From: an uncultured Nitrososphaerota archaeon
GTDB lineage: Archaea > Korarchaeota > Korarchaeia > Korarchaeales > Korarchaeaceae
Length of the DNA stretch: 25,457 bases
Direction of reading: 5' to 3'
Assembly (NCBI GenBank): GCA_964594835.1
Contig: CAZQNA010000016.1
Span: 1-25,457, forward strand
The notes under the pieces were generated by a model. That model did no database searches, was not told the DNA's origin, and was given only the letters and a program-made list of their open reading frames with translations. The position numbers and the translations under genes were made by a program. Numbering within the stretch: position 1 is the stretch's first letter; each line of letters opens with the position of its first letter. This document shows positions 24,901 to 25,457 of the stretch, in pieces.

Positions 24901-25457
24901 CTACTCCCTAGCTGGGCCAGAAGACCGGTCAACGCTCTCGACGAGGGCTCTGCACCAGTCGGGAATGTCGATCTTTGTGTCACGCCGAAGCCTCTTGAGG
25001 GGTCCCACGGAATACAGGAGGAGGCCCTCCACCTCGGGCGTCCGAGGTACGTCCTTGTTAAGAAGGAGGGCAACGGCCGTACAGAGGTGGTTAACGGCCT
25101 TCTCTACGTTTCTTCGGAGCAGCTCGGCCAGGGCAATGCCGATGTGGGATCTCGCCAGCCTGGGGGCGAGCCAGGGCCTGTCAGAGGCGAACTCCTTTAG
25201 CGCGCCCAGCGCCTCCTCGAACCTGGCAATGGCCTCGTCCAGCCTGCCCTTCTCGACCAGCGCGGCCCCCAGGTTGTTCAGCGTCATGGCAAGGTTCGGC
25301 AGGAACCTCTCATCCTCTCCGGCGAGCCTCCTGTACTTCTCGAGAGCCTCCTCGAACCTGGCAATGGCCTCCTCCAGCCTGCCCCTGTCGCTCAGCGCGA
25401 GGCCCAGGTTGTTCAGCGTGCCCGCCAGGTCCGGCAGGAACCTCTCATCCTCTCCGG
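24901..25457 (-). CDS. Tetratricopeptide-repeat protein; C-terminal part only, 5' end outside window
   Basis: The frame of ORF 24901..25287 stays open to the window edge: GEDERFLPDLAGTLNNLGLALSDRGRLEEAIARFEEALEKYRRLAGEDERFLPNLAMTLNNLGAALVEKGRLDEAIARFEEAL. Confidence 0.9.
   Translation of the reverse strand, partial: GEDERFLPDLAGTLNNLGLALSDRGRLEEAIARFEEALEKYRRLAGEDERFLPNLAMTLNNLGAALVEKGRLDEAIARFEEALGALKEFASDRPWLAPRLARSHIGIALAELLRRNVEKAVNHLCTAVALLLNKDVPRTPEVEGLLLYSVGPLKRLRRDTKIDIPDWCRALVESVDRSSGPARE
25211..25457. repeat. 135-bp tandem DNA repeat (45-aa TPR unit), about 1.8 copies visible
   Basis: GCCTCCTCGAACCTGGCAATGGCCTC occurs at 25211 and 25346. CCCAGGTTGTTCAGCGT and CGGCAGGAACCTCTCATCCTCTCCGG repeat with the same period. 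Confidence 0.93.

Noticed and set aside
24735-25073. N-terminal extension of ORF 24507..25073
   Set aside because: It crosses the TPR gene out of frame and the antitoxin promoter. Only the last 75 codons look like a real gene.
1-25457. CRISPR array, rRNA, transposase, integrase or reverse transcriptase
   Set aside because: No spaced short repeats or diagnostic motifs were seen. The only long tandem DNA repeat is the coding TPR unit.

Overview
GC-rich archaeal DNA, most likely from a thermophilic TACK-group organism. The archaeal call rests on archaeal ribosomal and RNAP genes, TATA promoters and a tRNA-Met with a bulge-helix-bulge intron; finer taxonomy is not established. In order: (1) argG on the minus strand, running off the left edge and lacking an in-frame start codon; (2) a ~2.8 kb decayed accessory patch between a deleted vapBC remnant and an intact vapBC pair; (3) HIT hydrolase, aMBF1, a DRG-family GTPase, rpiA, a small gene missed by the ORF track and a UPF0104 membrane protein; (4) tRNA-Met, a 1624-aa modular surface protein and tRNA-Ser; (5) a core cluster rps13-rps4-rps11-[inserted coiled-coil gene]-rpoD-tRNA-Leu-rpl18e-rpl13-rps9-aIF5A-pus10-rpl21e-rpoF-DUF655-PINA ATPase; (6) nadM, an orphan antitoxin and a TPR-repeat gene running off the right edge. 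The two strongest leads are the inserted gene, whose C-terminus resembles the crenactin-binding helix of arcadin-2, and the argG 5' region, where an Arg-rich mini-ORF and an out-of-frame start suggest arginine-responsive recoding or a 1-nt error.
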